This document shows positions 25,419-38,879 of a stretch of 64,000 nucleotides of DNA, piece by piece. The stretch lies in NCBI GenBank assembly GCA_976551045.1, contig CDPCPM010000092.1:1054001-1118000 (forward strand), given 5' to 3'. Under the pieces are notes generated by a model. That model saw only the letters and a list, made by a program, of their open reading frames with translations. It was not told the DNA's origin and made no database searches. The position numbers and the translations under genes are program-made. Numbering within the stretch: position 1 is the stretch's first letter; every line of letters begins with the position of its first letter. Source of the DNA: Glaucostegus cemiculus. Taxonomy: Eukaryota.

Positions 25419-27519
25419 GTAAGTAAACACTGTGATTTTCACTGTTTAATTATGGTATGCTCATTTTTTCTCAAGGATTGAGATGCCAGGAAGTGGAACT
25501 CCTTTCATTTGGGGCATCAACATACAAAATAGGTCATTTTAAACCTCCCCCCGCCCCCACAAATGTTTGGGGGTTCGGGTCAGATCAGAAGTTTAAAGAA
25601 AGTCTTATACCTAAACCCATCACACGTCTGGTTTTACTGAAGGCAAAATGAGGAAGTTGAGCAACCAATCAGGTTGTAGGAGATGGATCTATCACTAAAA
25701 TATTTGAATGAGTGTGACTGCTTTAGATTTTATTCATTTTCCACCTTTAACGTTGACCAGGTGGGAAGCCAGCCAACTAAATATGGGTTAAGATTGTTGT
25801 ATGGCTACTTTCTCAACACCGCTTGTGAACCATAAGGAGCAAGTATTCTTCTCCTCACCACTGCCCACAACCCCCACACATGCTACCTGAAGCCCCTCCA
25901 AAATCAACAGCATGGTTCTGCTACTCTGATGATGTGATGAAAGAAATGGGAGTACTGATTCTGATATTATGGATGAGTCCTGCTGTTGCATTATGCTGTC
26001 TTTCTCAGCACTGTACATATTAAAATTAGAACGTGCCATGTGTGAAGTACCATAATGGCCATTTCCTGGTCATTTTATGACATTTCAACAATTTGACCAT
26101 GTACATCCTAAATTAATTGTGCTTGTACCCTTGATAAGATTTCCACATAGTTCACAGAATGACATAAGTTCTTATGTAACATACCTTTTGGGGCATTTGG
26201 GAGAAATTGCACTGTTCATGAACAACTAATGATGGGCACTCCCAGGCCAATCACATTTTAATACTGCAAGCAGCACTGGATTAGGTTCCATTAATGTAAG
26301 TTCCTTACTTGCCTTTGATTCTTTGGAATATGCCCAATGAGAAAATACTGCATCTCCCAATCTTGCTTTCAATATCCTCCCACATCCTGATGTGCACTAC
26401 CTCCCCCACCACCCCCTACCCAACTACCCTCCAAACCTCTGATGGTCAGTATTTCCCTAGTGCCTCCCTTCTTCCTGCCATTAGTCCTGAACCTCTGAAA
26501 CTTTGGCCCTCCGACTCACTGAGGTGACACCCATCACTTTCAACTCTGTCCATCTGATTGGCTTGGGTGCCTGAATAGCCAATGGCTTTGATAGAAGTAT
26601 GATCTCCAAATCTGCAGCACTTACCTAATCATTGTCTGTTCCCCTCTGCCCACTCTGGCCACTTCCTTTCTAAGAAGACACCCTTCTTCCACCAGCCAAT
26701 TATTTTGGTTGACCTTTAATTGCCAATTCTCTCTTCCAACTGAATCCCAGACCCAGCATTATTGTGTCTACGATTCCTGAGCTATGTCTGTGAGAGCCAC
26801 AAGTACAAGCTCACAAAAGTGAATGCATTCCTTTCAAGATAAGGGTAACACTCCCAGCAACCTTGCTCAGGATTCCTCTCTCCTGATATTTGCCACACAT
26901 GATGCTTTGTTGCTCACTGCTACATTGAAAAAGTTAACACAAGTTCTACCAACAAATTGGACCACCTTTCATTTTTGATTAGTACATCTTTGACATTCCT
27001 ATCTGTGAAAAAAAATACACTTAGCTGTATTAGATGACACAATGCCCTTACAGACACCTCCTTGACTATTTCCTGTCATCACTGTCAGTGAACAAGGAAG
27101 CTGCCTCCTGTGTGGACTGTTCATTACAAGCCTGTTGAAGTTTCTCTGCCCCCTGGGACAGCTCTGGTACTTGGTACTCTGATAACTCTCATCACTATAG
27201 CATGCACTAATTCTTTGCTAACATTCCTCAGTACTGAAGGAGTGCTATTTCTGTTGTGATGTGACCTTCTAAGAGCTACATTCTGGGGTTGTATCTCAGA
27301 GGAAAGGTGAACAAATGCAGGAAATTTGATTGCCAAAGCCCATTATTCTTAAAGCAGGTTGACACAAGGGAGCCCACTGGCACTGTTTTGTAACTGAATC
27401 TAATGAGCTTTGCAATGTTTTAAGCTTTTTAAAATAGCATTAAGAAGATTACTACCACTGTTTGAAAGCCAGGACAACAGTGTAATGAATTCTAGACTTA
27501 TGTTTTAAAAAATGATGTT

Positions 27520-27710
27520 AAGGCCACATTGAATGTGCAGGAGAGATTTACTAGACAGATACCAGAGATGAGGAACTTTGCAGAGACTAGAGAAGCTGGA
27601 AGTTTTCTTCCTTAAGCTAGGTAAGATGCAATAGAAGTGTTCAAGTTATGTAGAGTTAAGATAGAGCAGGTACTGAGAAAATGTTTGCATTGCACAGAGG
27701 AGAAATGGTA
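27520..27710 (+). mobile_element. Degenerate CR1 fragment
   Basis: gtgcaggagagatttactagacagatacca (VQxRFTRxIP-like) and following CR1-like sequence. Confidence 0.6.
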
Positions 27711-27829
27711 GGGGGAACCATCCATCCATTTCAATCTCCAGTCAGGCTTCTGAGCTAGAAGTGGGAGGGCAGGTTTTGATTAAATCCATTCCTTTTACAG
27801 TAATTGAAGTGGAGAAACTCCAGAAATGG

Positions 27830-27938
27830 GGAAATTTGAAATAGAAACAGGAAGTGCTGAAAATACTGAGCAGGTTAGACATTATCTGTGGAGAAAGAAC
27901 AGTGAACATTTCAAGTCAATGATCCTTCAACAGAACTG
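27830..27938 (-). mobile_element. Penelope-like terminal repeat with decayed hammerhead-like motif
   Basis: Minus strand CAGTT CTGTTGA AGGATCATTGACTT GAAA TGTT CACTG plus family tail. Confidence 0.68.
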
Positions 27939-28072
27939 ATGAGTCTAACCTGTTTGATATTGCAATGAAATGTGCAAGAAAACTGCAAAGCACACCTTTA
28001 CTTTGTAATTTTAAATAATTTTTTTCCTGAAGAAAGATTTAATTGCTGTGACATGGTTTCTGTTTTTCATAG

Positions 28073-28154
28073 GGATAATCCTGTATGCTTCTGGAATGGA
28101 CCTTCAAAACCAGAGAATTCTGTGGATAAGTGTAATTGTGATAATGGTTTTCAG
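28073..28154 (+). CDS. ABCA13: ABCA13 exon, ECD2 (DNPVCFWNG...CNCDNGFQ)
   Basis: catag| and |gtagta, 82 nt, phase 2-0. Confidence 0.85.
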
Positions 28155-29946
28155 GTAGTAAACTAGTTAATTTTCATTATTTTCTGATGTACAGTATGAA
28201 TATTCATTAACAGAACAAGCTGTAATCATGCCAGTTAGTAGAGGAACACCTTGTGTTTAGTTGCCCCAGTGATCCCACACTACTTGCATTGTTAGGCTGC
28301 AGAAATGTTATTAGTGGTTCAGGCTTGAAATTATGTCCTTGTTATGTACATTAAAAAAAACTCAATGGAAAGAAAAGAACGAAAACAAGCTTAGAAAATT
28401 AAATAAATGAAAGAACAAGAATTGAAAGGGATTAATGACAGGCTGATATACAAGCTGTATAGAATTAATAGCATCAAAGAACATTCTGTTTATAAAAAAA
28501 ACATGTTAAAGTAGTGCTCATTTGTGACCCCAGGATGCCCCAAAGTACTTTGAAATCGATGAAGTTATATAAAGACAGCGACAAAAGATAGACATTTAGA
28601 AATATGGTCACAGAAATTGTGAGGAGGATCCAGATATAGATGGAATGACATGCTATTAAATAGACTTTGCTCTTATAGCCTAAGCTGGTTGCAAATGAAT
28701 CCAAAGACCTCAACAGATCTGGCACATGTTGGGGATGGGGGTCAGATACTTTTGAAATCATTTTGGAAGAAATGCATTTGAGTTTATAATGTATCCTTGC
28801 AGAGAATGAAGATCTATGCCTTGGGCACTCATTTATAAATTCAACTGTTCTATAAAATAAACACAATATAAATCAACACGTATCTATTTTTTGGTTCAAT
28901 GCATATTTAATTGGTAGCTTAAGAAAGGGCTGTTTAATAATAACACATAATTTTCTTGTGAGTTAATGGAACCAGCCCAGATATAATTGTTCCAAATATG
29001 TAACTTTTTTCTAATAAATGTGGATTTAAATTCTAACTATCTTATAGTTTGAAACAGTTTAACAAAAAGGAAATATCCTTGGTTTTTTTGCAGTTTCATT
29101 AGTAAAATTATGACTCCATGTTTATGTCCCAGTTTGAGACAACTAGTGTCTGCATAAGAAAGGCCACATAGAAGGTCATCATCCTTAAGCTGGACAAAGT
29201 ATCTGCAGCAAGGAGCATCACTAGAAACAATAATCTCGCAAAACTTAGTCTTAGCAAGAACATGTTGTCAGCTATTTTCTGCCTTTTTTTATTTGTTTAC
29301 TTTTTTATTAAAGCTTATCAGGATTATTTAAAGAAAATTCCTACTCAATCATGTTTCTAAGTACCTCTTTTAAATTGGATCTGGTTGCCTTACTAGAAAA
29401 GGAGCCACTGTTTATGATAATAGGATGAGCCGCAGCAGTGTCCATGTTAGATTTAATTTGGGTTGTTTCATTGTAGCCTTACAAGGATGAAGTGACTGGA
29501 ATTCTCAGAAGGCCCTTTTGATCTCCATGAGCTATGACCCATTCATGAAGGGGGAGGTGGGTGTAAAGTCACAAAATAGTCCCATGGCCTTTCCTTAACT
29601 GGAAAATAATAGAGCAAAAAGCATGGAATAGATCCTCTGTTCCATCCTTCTACCACTGATATAGAGTTTTGCATGTGTTGAAATTCAGACATCTTGCAGC
29701 ATCTGCCATAGAATGGGTAGATTCCTAGGCCCGTCCAAACATAGAATTTGCAATGTTTTCTCCGTCTTTATTCTTCCTCAGTTTGTAAGTTTTTGAAGGG
29801 TAAGTTTAGTTTCAGCTCATTGTGACTTCATGGCTTATCCTGCTATCTATTTCTTTAACCTTATGGTATATTGCGCTATCAGCCTTTATCCATCATGAAG
29901 GCGTCTGAGTATAAAAAATACAACTCAAATTTTATTTGTCTTCCAG

Positions 29947-30074
29947 CAATGTCCTGCAACAAATACCACAGTTCCCTATTTCAGAAATAATGAAGGAAAC
30001 CTCTTATACAATCTCACGGGCTACGATTTGGAAGACTATTTAATTGCAACAGAGAAAACCTTTGGAATGAAAAG
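29947..30074 (+). CDS. ABCA13: ABCA13 exon, ECD2 (QCPATNTTVPY...LYNLTGYDLEDYL)
   Basis: ttccag| and |gtaaag, 128 nt, phase 0-2; not in ORF track. Confidence 0.92.
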
Positions 30075-30833
30075 GTAAAGTACACCAGATCCAATTACCT
30101 AATGAGGATTGTAAAAGACCTCACTTATAAATTACGAACTTCCTTAAAAAAAAATTGCTGAATGCTATTGAATACTTTGCATGGTGATAGCACACTTCTT
30201 GAAATTAGGCATGGGTTCACTTGGAATATAACATCCCTGCTAGAAGACAACTAGATATCTCCGGAGTGTCAAATAGTGTACAATGTTTGTTTTGCTGTCA
30301 TTTCTCAAAACTATACTGACCAAACAATGCTGGCCACTCATATTAAAACACATTTAAAGTAGATGGCTGAGGCTTGTGTCTATATTACTATCCCTCCCTG
30401 GGTTGCTGTCAGGGAGATGGGGGCATCATGAATTTTGGGGGCAATGAGATGATAAAGGGAGGGAAATGGACTGGATTCCTCTCTATGAAACATAGACTTC
30501 AATTGATCTGCCATGTATTACTCATTGGCAGGTGAGCATTCAAATTTGTATGTGGAAAAGAAAAAGAAAGGAACATTGTGTAATAGAAAATAATCTTATC
30601 TGAAGCTGGAATCAATATTTGAATTGAGCAAAGTTATAATAAACTGACCGTACTCCATCTGAGAAACCATGGTACTTTCTCTAAAAGCAAAAGAAAATGG
30701 TGAATTTTCCATTATAGTCAGCCCATCCAAAACAACACCTCTGTTGGAAGTGTGCTAGGTGTTGATGCTAACTTAAATGTGGAAATTTTGATTGCTAATC
30801 AATGTGAATTACCATTTGTTATATCACTAACAG

Positions 30834-30921
30834 GTTAGGGGGATGGTCAATTGGGGAAGAACCACCTGAAGAGCTCAAAGGAAACAATTTCACTCAAGAT
30901 GATATCAACTCTTTAGTAAAG
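30834..30921 (+). CDS. ABCA13: ABCA13 exon (RLGGWSIG...NSLVK)
   Basis: aacag| and |gtaaga, 88 nt, phase 2-0; not in ORF track. Confidence 0.92.
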
Positions 30922-31233
30922 GTAAGAACAATCCATATATCCACAATGCTTTTGCTATAAGTTTTTAGGAAAAACAGAACATGTGATGAGGCTCATTCTT
31001 CAGTGGAAAACATTGATGGAAGGCCAAGTGCTGAATTCTCCCAAGATGAGGTTATTCTACCTTTTTTCCATGCTGGGAAGACACTTCATTGATTGTTGTT
31101 TGCTTGCCCTGCATTCACAGGGCTAATGATTCCATGTAATTTCCTTCCATTCCTAGCTCTGCCCATTGGAAGAAAAGATGGAAAAAGAGAAAGGAGAAAG
31201 TCAATTTTTCTCCTTCCACAAACTCAGATAGCC

Positions 31234-31445
31234 TTTGAAGTAGTCATTGTTAAACTGCAGGAAATGCAGTAGCCAGTTTATCCACAACTGTGAGATAATG
31301 ACCAAGTATTCTGCTATTATATTTTAGATGAAGGCTATATTTTGGCCAGCAGGCTGGGGGAAGTGCCTCTTACCTCGTTCCCTGTTTTTTGTTTGTTTTA
31401 CTTATACTTTAAAGGGCAGAAAGGACAATGGCTTAATGGTTCTCT
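31234..31445 (-). mobile_element. Possible DeuSINE-type fragment
   Basis: Minus strand tggtcattatc...tgtggataaactggctactgcatttcct...tgactacttcaaa resembles a recalled Deu-domain SINE segment. Confidence 0.45.
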
Positions 31446-32273
31446 TGGTGGGAGTTGAGAAGGTGATGTCTTCTTTTGCAGGATCCAGCAAACCTGGCTG
31501 AGGAACTTTGCACCAAAATTCTCAGTTGTCCTATTTTCAAATGAATAATTTTAACACTGGGATAGATACCCAAGGTTTTCTGTCAGAACGTTCACTGTTA
31601 ATTAGCTTCTCTCTCTTTCCACATCCTTCTGCCAGTACAAGATGTTGAGAGCCTTTATTTGTAGTTGGTCAGCTCATAAAATTGAGTCATGACTCCCCTG
31701 CACTGGCTGCCACACCCTGAACTATTCCCTGTGAATAAATACAGTCTAGGTAACAGTTTGCAGGGGAGCAGAATGGCAGCAGATTGAGATGGATAACCTT
31801 TAATAGGGAGGATTGAACAGGGTTTCAATCAGGAATTGATGATTATGCAGTCACTACAGATACAGAAATGAAAAAAAAAACTGGGCATGGGAAATTTATG
31901 TTGTCTGAACTAACAGTGCAGGCAGCTGAAGTCACTGTTGATGACAAACAACTAGAGGGAGGACAGCATTGTAACATGGCCCATAGCCACCATTAATGGT
32001 AAGAAACAACAAGAAATGTCAGCACATGAAATACCCTTTTCACAGGGTTGTTGTGGATCTTACGGTTTAATCCTGTGCTCATCTTTAGATTTTCCAATCA
32101 CCAATTAGAACATACTATACTAGCAAAGAGTAAGGAAAACTTAAGGCCAGGTCACCTACTTGTGCTCCTTGCCCAGGAGTTGAGAATATTTTATTGTTCA
32201 TATTAACATATTGTATCTCATTGTGAAGAATGGAATGAAATCTGAAAATATTGTCCTTATGGCCTATTTGCAG

Positions 32274-32382
32274 GTATGGTATAATCAAAGGGGATTTCAT
32301 GCAGAACCAGCACTCCTGAATCAGCTCAATAACCTCATCCTCTGGGCCAACTTACCACCAGAAGCTAACTGGAGACAATATG
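32274..32382 (+). CDS. ABCA13: ABCA13 exon (VWYNQRGFH...NWRQY)
   Basis: tgcag| and |gtatgt, 109 nt, phase 0-1. Confidence 0.95.
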
Positions 32383-32791
32383 GTATGTCAATAAAAGCAT
32401 ATTTAAAGTATGAATAATGGAGAAATGACTGTATAGACACTCATGGCACTATAAACTATTGCTGTAGTTAAATAACATACCTGCTGCAGTATGCTTTACT
32501 GATCAAAACTACATCTTGCATGTATATAACACCTTTGATATAAACAAGAATGTGTCATGTCAGAAAAGATGGACAGAGTCAAAGGCAGCCAGTTGGAAGG
32601 GTGGAAGGGTCAAAGTTTGGCTAAAATTTGTCTCTTTAACCAGAGTCTTGAATAAGTGTAGAATTGTTCTATTTTTAAATTTGTCTTGATACCACTTTGC
32701 TCTTTGATTGAGAACCAGACACTAATGCTGCTAAAAGTATTCTGGCTTTGATGATAACATAGAATAATATACAAATATTCTTTTTGATTAG

Positions 32792-32846
32792 GAATTGCAT
32801 TGTATAGCCATCCTTATCGTGGCTTTCTTCTGAATGATGACAAAAT
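32792..32846 (+). CDS. ABCA13: ABCA13 small exon (GIALYSHPYRGFLLNDDKI)
   Basis: attag| and |gtaagt, 55 nt, phase 1-2; needed to restore frame between its neighbours; resembles human GITLYSHPY. Confidence 0.93.
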
Positions 32847-33064
32847 GTAAGTTGTTTTACAAACTTTTCAATGCAGACTGTAACTAAGTATTTATCTACA
32901 ATTGTAAGTGGTATGCTACAGTGGAAAAATTCCGGGTCCATAACCCAGAGTCGGTGGATCAAGACCATTCACTGCTGGAAGCAAGAGTGACTTTCCTGGC
33001 ATGAAGTCAGCGAGTGCCATATTGATTCCATGAGAAAGCTTGGTTCATGGGCATTCTAATACCT

Positions 33065-34005
33065 GATTTGGATGACAGAAATGAGGGCTTTGTGGCCACA
33101 TTTGTGGATGATGCAAAGATAGGTGGAGGGGCAGGTAGTGTTGAGGAAGAAAGGAATCTGAAGGAGGACTTGGATGGGTTGGGAGAATAGGCAAAGAAGT
33201 GGCAGATGAAATACAGCACAGGGAAGTGTACGGTCATACGCTTTGGTAGAAGGAATAAAGGCGTAGACAATTTTCTAAACGGGGAGCAAACTCAGAAATT
33301 GGAGTTGGAAAGGGATTTGGGAGTCCTAGTGTGGGATTCCCTAAAGGTTAACTTGCAGGTTGAGTCGGTAGTAAGGAAGGCAAATGCAATGTTAGCATTT
33401 ATTTTGAGAGGACTGGAATATAAAAGCACGGATGTAATGCTGAGGCTTTCTAAGGTGTTGGTCAGACTACATTTACAATATTGTGAACATATCTAAGGAA
33501 GGATGTGCTGGCATTTGAAAGGGTCCAGAGTAGATTTACAAGAATTATCCCAGGAATGAACGGGTTAATGTATGTTTGATGGTTCCAGGCCTGTACTCGC
33601 TGGAGTTTAGAAGGATAATAGGGGATCTCATTGAAACCTACCTAATATTGGCCTGGATAGAGGGATGTGGAGAGGATGTTTCCAGTCGTGGGAGAGTCTA
33701 GGACTAGAGGGCACAGCCTTAGAGTAGAAGGACATCCCTTTAGAACAAAGATGAGGAGGAATTTCTTTAGCCAGAGGGTGGTGAATCTGTGGAATTCATT
33801 GCCACAGATGGCTGTGAAGGCCAAGTCATTGGGTATATTTAAAGCAAAGGTCAATAGGTTCTTAATTAGTAAGGGTGTCAAAGGTTACGGGGAGAAGGCA
33901 GGAGAATGGGGTTGAGAGGGAAAAATAATTCAGCTGTGATCAAGTGGCAGAGAAGACTCGATGGGCCGAATGGTCTAATTCTGTCCTATGTCCTATTGTC
34001 TTATA
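33065..34005 (+). mobile_element. CR1 LINE 3' ~0.9 kb
   Basis: FVDD (FADD-like), ERDLGV, TRGHSL, FFSQRVVNLWNSLP and CR1 tail. Confidence 0.9.
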
Positions 34006-34084
34006 GTATTGATTAAGTATTCATATGAACAGAGTATTTGCATTGTGAATGTCACATTTCCCATGTAATATCTGCACTGATGCT

Positions 34085-34775
34085 TTTCTTCATATTGGTA
34101 CTATCAGCTGTTTGATGCTTGAGTACCTGCATTCTGTCCACAGGGGCAACTCAGAGTTCTGCCATTTTAATTCTCTATCCCACTTCAAAACTGACCAATC
34201 TTTTGAAGCTTCCTGCTCTGTTATACCAATGCCCAACGTAAGCTTGAGGAACAGCACTTTCTTTTGTCTGGATGATCCAGCCTGCTGCACTCAATATTGA
34301 ATTCTACAACTTCATGTGACTCACTTTCTCAGCTTGTATCATTTCTGCTGTGTCATTATCTATATTGGCTCAGTTTTTCTCTCTCCATTAGCACAGCGGT
34401 GGAGTACCTATCGAGTACATCCCATAGTCCTGCATTTTGCACCTTTTCATGCCCCCCTTTACTGTGTTCTCACTCTCTATCAGTCCTCATCTCATAGGTT
34501 TTGTCTTTTTTTTCTTCACTTTTAATTGCCTCATTAACACATCAGCTGGATGACCTCTTCAATTTATCTCACCCCCCCCCCCCCCCCACTCTCCCACAAT
34601 GCCCCAACCTCCTCGGTTTTTATCTCGTTTTCTCACTTTCCTAGTTCTAATGAAGGGGCTTTGACTTAAAACATTAGTGTCGTTTCCCTTGCCTCAGATG
34701 CTGCCTGACCTGCTGAGTGTTTCCAGCACTTTTTGTTCTTATTTTAGGTTTTCAATATCTGCAGTTCTTTTTTTT
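34085..34775 (+). mobile_element. Penelope-like element 3' remnant: GIY-YIG C-terminus, 3' region and terminal repeat with decayed hammerhead motif
   Basis: Peptides EYLHSVHRG, CHFNSLSH, QRKLEEQH, QPAALNIEFYNF across frameshifts; poly-C tract; AGTT CTAATGA AGGGGCTTTGACTT AAAAC at 34643. Confidence 0.72.
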
Positions 34776-34784
34776 TGATTTTCA

Positions 34785-35271
34785 CAGGAAAGATGCAATT
34801 GCATTGTAGAGGGTTTGGTGGAAATTTTTGAAGAAGTTTCTGGACTGGAAAATAGTCACTTCTAGGAAAAATTGGATAAACTGGGATTGATTTTCCTGGA
34901 AGAGGAGGTTGAGGGGAAATTTAGCGATTGTGTGTAAAATTATGAGGGGCCTATGTCGAGTAAATGGAAGGGTATTTTAATTAGTAGAGGGATCAAGAAC
35001 TGGGGGAATAGATTTAAAATAATTGTTAGTAAATATAGACATTTGAAATTATAAAAATATATTATTTTACCCAGAGGATGTTGGGGGTTTGTAGCTCACT
35101 GCCTAAAAGACTGGTAGAGGCAGAACCTTCAACATGCACTAGAAGAGCCATCACCTGAAGGACCGTAGACCCAGAACTGGAAAGTAGGATTAGGTTTGTT
35201 ATTTATTTTCTATAAATATGTACGTGATGAGGAAAGAGTCCTCCCATCAAGTAAATGTTCTATGATTCTAT
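34785..35271 (+). mobile_element. Degenerate CR1 3' fragment
   Basis: ttttacccagagg motif and ttctatgattctat tail. Confidence 0.65.
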
Positions 35272-35686
35272 AATTCTCAATGTAGTCTGAAGGTGGGTTA
35301 AAAGTCCAAGCAATATTAAAATGCACCTTTGAGGGTGCTACAGTGCTGAAATTTCTGCTAAGTGAAACTAGTTGCATGGAATTGAATGAACAAACTGAAC
35401 AATGGCAAGTTAAATGGAACTGTAGGCAATGTAATTTTTTCTAGACCACCTCATAAGGTTTAGACACGCTGGGAGGGGAAGGTTGCTTTCAGCAAGAGCT
35501 GAGCAGTGTTTCTGGGATCGCTACAATGATTTCTTGCAACGTACTTCCTGTGAGCATCTTTTTTTCACTAGAAGCTAAAAATCAGCCTTTTCATTTATTG
35601 TTTATTTGTTAACCTGCAGTAAATTAACATACATAAAGTTAATGTATGATAATATTGCATCTGACTCCTGCTTTTTCTTTCTAAAG

Positions 35687-35864
35687 CTTGGAGAATCTTC
35701 GACAGTGTGGAGTGGCATTCTGTATCCTTCTGGGGTTTTCTATTTTGACAGCAAGTATTGGCGGATACGTTGTCCAAGATAGAATTACTGGGCAGAAAAG
35801 GTTACAACATATCTCTGGTCTGAGCTGCAGACTGTACTGGATCACAAACTTCTTGTGTGATATG
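35687..35864 (+). CDS. ABCA13: ABCA13 exon ([11 protein letters not shown]...KRLQHISG...NFLCDM)
   Basis: taaag| and |gtatgg, 178 nt, phase 2-0. Confidence 0.94.
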
Positions 35865-37242
35865 GTATGGATATATAAAGTTTCTACTCCTTCCATCATT
35901 TACGTTCAAATATCCTAACTTTAGTTAGGAATTCTGAAAGCCAGTCAACATAGGAATCTCGGGGATTGTCTCAGACTTCCTCCAATCTATAGTAATAATG
36001 TTTTGTGCATTCCTGGCAAGAAATTAATTCCAAGAGTATTTAATGAATATAGATTTGTGAGCTAAGAAGTTCTGCTTCAGAATGTGGGTAGCTACTTGAC
36101 TGCATGCTGAGCCATGGATGAAATCCATGAGGATTGCTGCAGGAAGCAGGTGCTTTGACTGTTAAAATGTTCTCAGTGAATGACTACAATGCCAAGATAG
36201 TGATATTAAACATGTTCATTCACCCCTCTGTTCAAGTGAGCATCTGGTTGAAAAATATACTTATTATATGGCACTTTAGTGCATTTTTCACAAGCTTTTG
36301 GAAATATCAAGGCATTATTGTTAGACATCAATAGCTAACTGTCTGTTATGCACGGTGGGAAAAAGTATGAAATAGAGGGGTATCCAAGAACAGGAAGAAC
36401 AAATAAATCCACAGGGCATGGGGACAAATGGCACCAAAAGAGACAAAGTGTAAGATATACTAAATACTTTAAAATAAAATTAACTCGCCTTCCTTTCCTT
36501 TCACAAAGCAGTAGCAAACAAAACACACATGTATGAAACAGGTTAGAGTTTTCAGTAAATCAAAATTGATATCTTTTATCAGCCTACTATGTAACTCTGG
36601 GAACAGAGTTTGATAATATGTTCTAGGGTTTGAATATTCAGTTATTTCACAGGAATGTTTTAATCTTTTATCTATAGAGAAGGTATTGTAATATTACAAG
36701 GCCTCAAGTGTTAGTGACTACCCACCATTTGCAAGAAAATGCTATTATTTAATTTATATGTGGTGTCCTCTGGAAGGAATACACTTTTTAAAAATGTTAA
36801 TGCTCATCTTCGTCAAAAAAAATCACATCTGGTCGTAGGTTAGTTCATTTAGCTGTGAGTGGCATGTCTTTAAAATGCAATATTTGCCTTTTCAGAAGAA
36901 CTACGGATTCACAACAAAGCTGTAGTGAGATAGTGTTGGTGATCAGGGACTACCAGGGTGTTGACACTGAAATGCTTTACTGGTGATAATTTTCATTTGT
37001 TATGCAGGCTTGATGTTTATTCAGTAGGGCGGTATTGTAGGATGCATTAATACCATAATGAAAGTTTGTTCAGGACTAAAAGTGAAGGAAGTCTGATTCA
37101 ATGGGCATGAATGACCAGAAAATAAGATGTAATCAGTGGAACTACCTAATAGTTTTATTCCAGAGTGGATAAATGCTGTTTGTACAGTATTTGTCTTTTT
37201 TGCATCAGTTTAAAATTGTTTTTTTTTAATCCCTCTGTCTAG

Positions 37243-37358
37243 ATCAATTATCTGATCCCAGTGGTCCTGTGCATTTGCGTCTTTGCAGCTTTCCAGTTTT
37301 CCGCATTCACTTACAGAGAGAATCTAGGAGCCACATCCCTACTGCTGATTTTATTTGG
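37243..37358 (+). CDS. ABCA13: ABCA13 exon ([10 protein letters not shown]...[14 protein letters not shown])
   Basis: tctag| and |gtaaga, 116 nt, phase 0-2; not in ORF track. Confidence 0.94.
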
Positions 37359-38489
37359 GTAAGAATTGAGAGAAGTAGTATCCATAAAGTTGGAAAAAAT
37401 AAACATGGACAGCTATAAAAATAAACAGTGTGGAAATGAGCCCAAATACCAAGAAAGATTCTAGAGTTAATCCTTGATCAATGCTGAGTTAGCTGATTGC
37501 AGTCAAGATGGTAGCATGAGCTGTCCTCAATTTTTCTTGCCTTGAAGGGGAAAAGTATCCTAAATAAGCACTGCTGATTACAACATGTTGCCTTGTATAA
37601 TGTCATGGTTGTACTTTTTGATATCCAATGGTTAAGTACCAGGGTTTATGCTCAATAAATCTCAATGCCCACTGGCTGAGAATCTCCTGGGACCTTTTGT
37701 TTCTCACACTCCCAAACAACTTCACCAGAAATATATACTAAGTCCTTGTTATCTGCTGTCTTACTCTCCGCAGATCTGTATACCCATGAGGTTGATCATG
37801 TATTACTGCCAATGCTGATAAAAGGGGTGTGTTCCTCCAGAGCCCTCTCCTGTGGTGTCTGGTGAATCCAGTTTGTCAAGAGGTGGATTATATTTAATGC
37901 CTTGTGCTGGCAAGAAATGAAATATCAATAGTTGGTGTGTCAGGAATAAGATCGGGAGTGTTTTGACAAGCTGATACTTGCATAGAGGTTGTTCTATCCA
38001 TGGATGGGTTGACTGCATTGCAGCCTTGGTGTCAGTGTGGTATCCACATTTTCTTTGTTATCTGCAGGAAGTCTCTGTTTCTATTTTTCATGAATAACAA
38101 GGACTTAGTGTAAATATGTTGCAGCTCAAAGGCAATTCCTGGACATTGACTTCAGAAACATGGAGAGAAAAGCACATTATGTTGTTTTCCAAACATGTAT
38201 GGTGCTGGTTTTCCAGTAACCCTAATATATTATAGAATTGACTGGAATATAGTTATAACTTTACAGCCAAAGAAGTAAAAAAGGGTCTGCTTAACCCAGC
38301 AAAGCATATATTTGGTTTGTGGCTACAGTTGTAGTACCTCAGAAAGATGAATTTTTGCCTGTAGTGGAGATGAGACCATCTCCTATTATCTGAATCTCAT
38401 CCACTGATAATATTATTACTGAAAGGGGTCAGTAGAGCTCTTACCAACTGCTCATGTTAACCACTTGTCACTAGGATCAGATCTGTTCT

Positions 38490-38714
38490 TTTATATTCAT
38501 TTATATGGGATGTGGGGTTGTTAAAGAGGCCAGTATTTAATATCCATGCCTATTTGCCCCAGAGAGGGTGACTGTGAGCAGCATTACTGAAGTACTGCAG
38601 ACCATCTGGTGAAGGTACTTTCACAATTGGGGATAAAGTGCCAGAGTTCAGACCTATTGATGACAAAGGAACTATTATATATTTCCAGGTCAGGCTAGAC
38701 TATAACTTGGAAGG
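38490..38714 (-). mobile_element. CR1/L2-group LINE 3' end (antisense copy of the 38880-39725 family)
   Basis: ttcatttatatgggatgtggg...ggccagtattta is antisense to the ...atgctggcc...cccagatcc...aatgaataaa end at 39680-39725. Confidence 0.6.
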
Positions 38715-38879
38715 TGTGGTGTATGTAAATTAGTGAGATGTGAGAACGATGTATGCACTCGTACGTAGAGTGGGTTAGAGGGAGTGAAATAAACAATGTG
38801 TATATGTTTTAGCAGTCTTCCATGTGTTATAGTGATTCATTATATTCCCAGTACTACATGAAGTTAGAATGATAAGGAC

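Noticed and set aside
25930-26015. Intronic box C/D snoRNA (GTGATGA...CTGA)
   Set aside because: No terminal D box at a suitable distance and no closing stem.
34572-34587. Poly-C run as a regulatory G-quadruplex
   Set aside because: Simple homopolymer inside the Penelope 3' region; its length is unreliable in assemblies.
32383-35686. Apparent frameshift or pseudogenisation between the exons ending 32382 and starting 35687
   Set aside because: Resolved by the 55-nt exon at 32792-32846.
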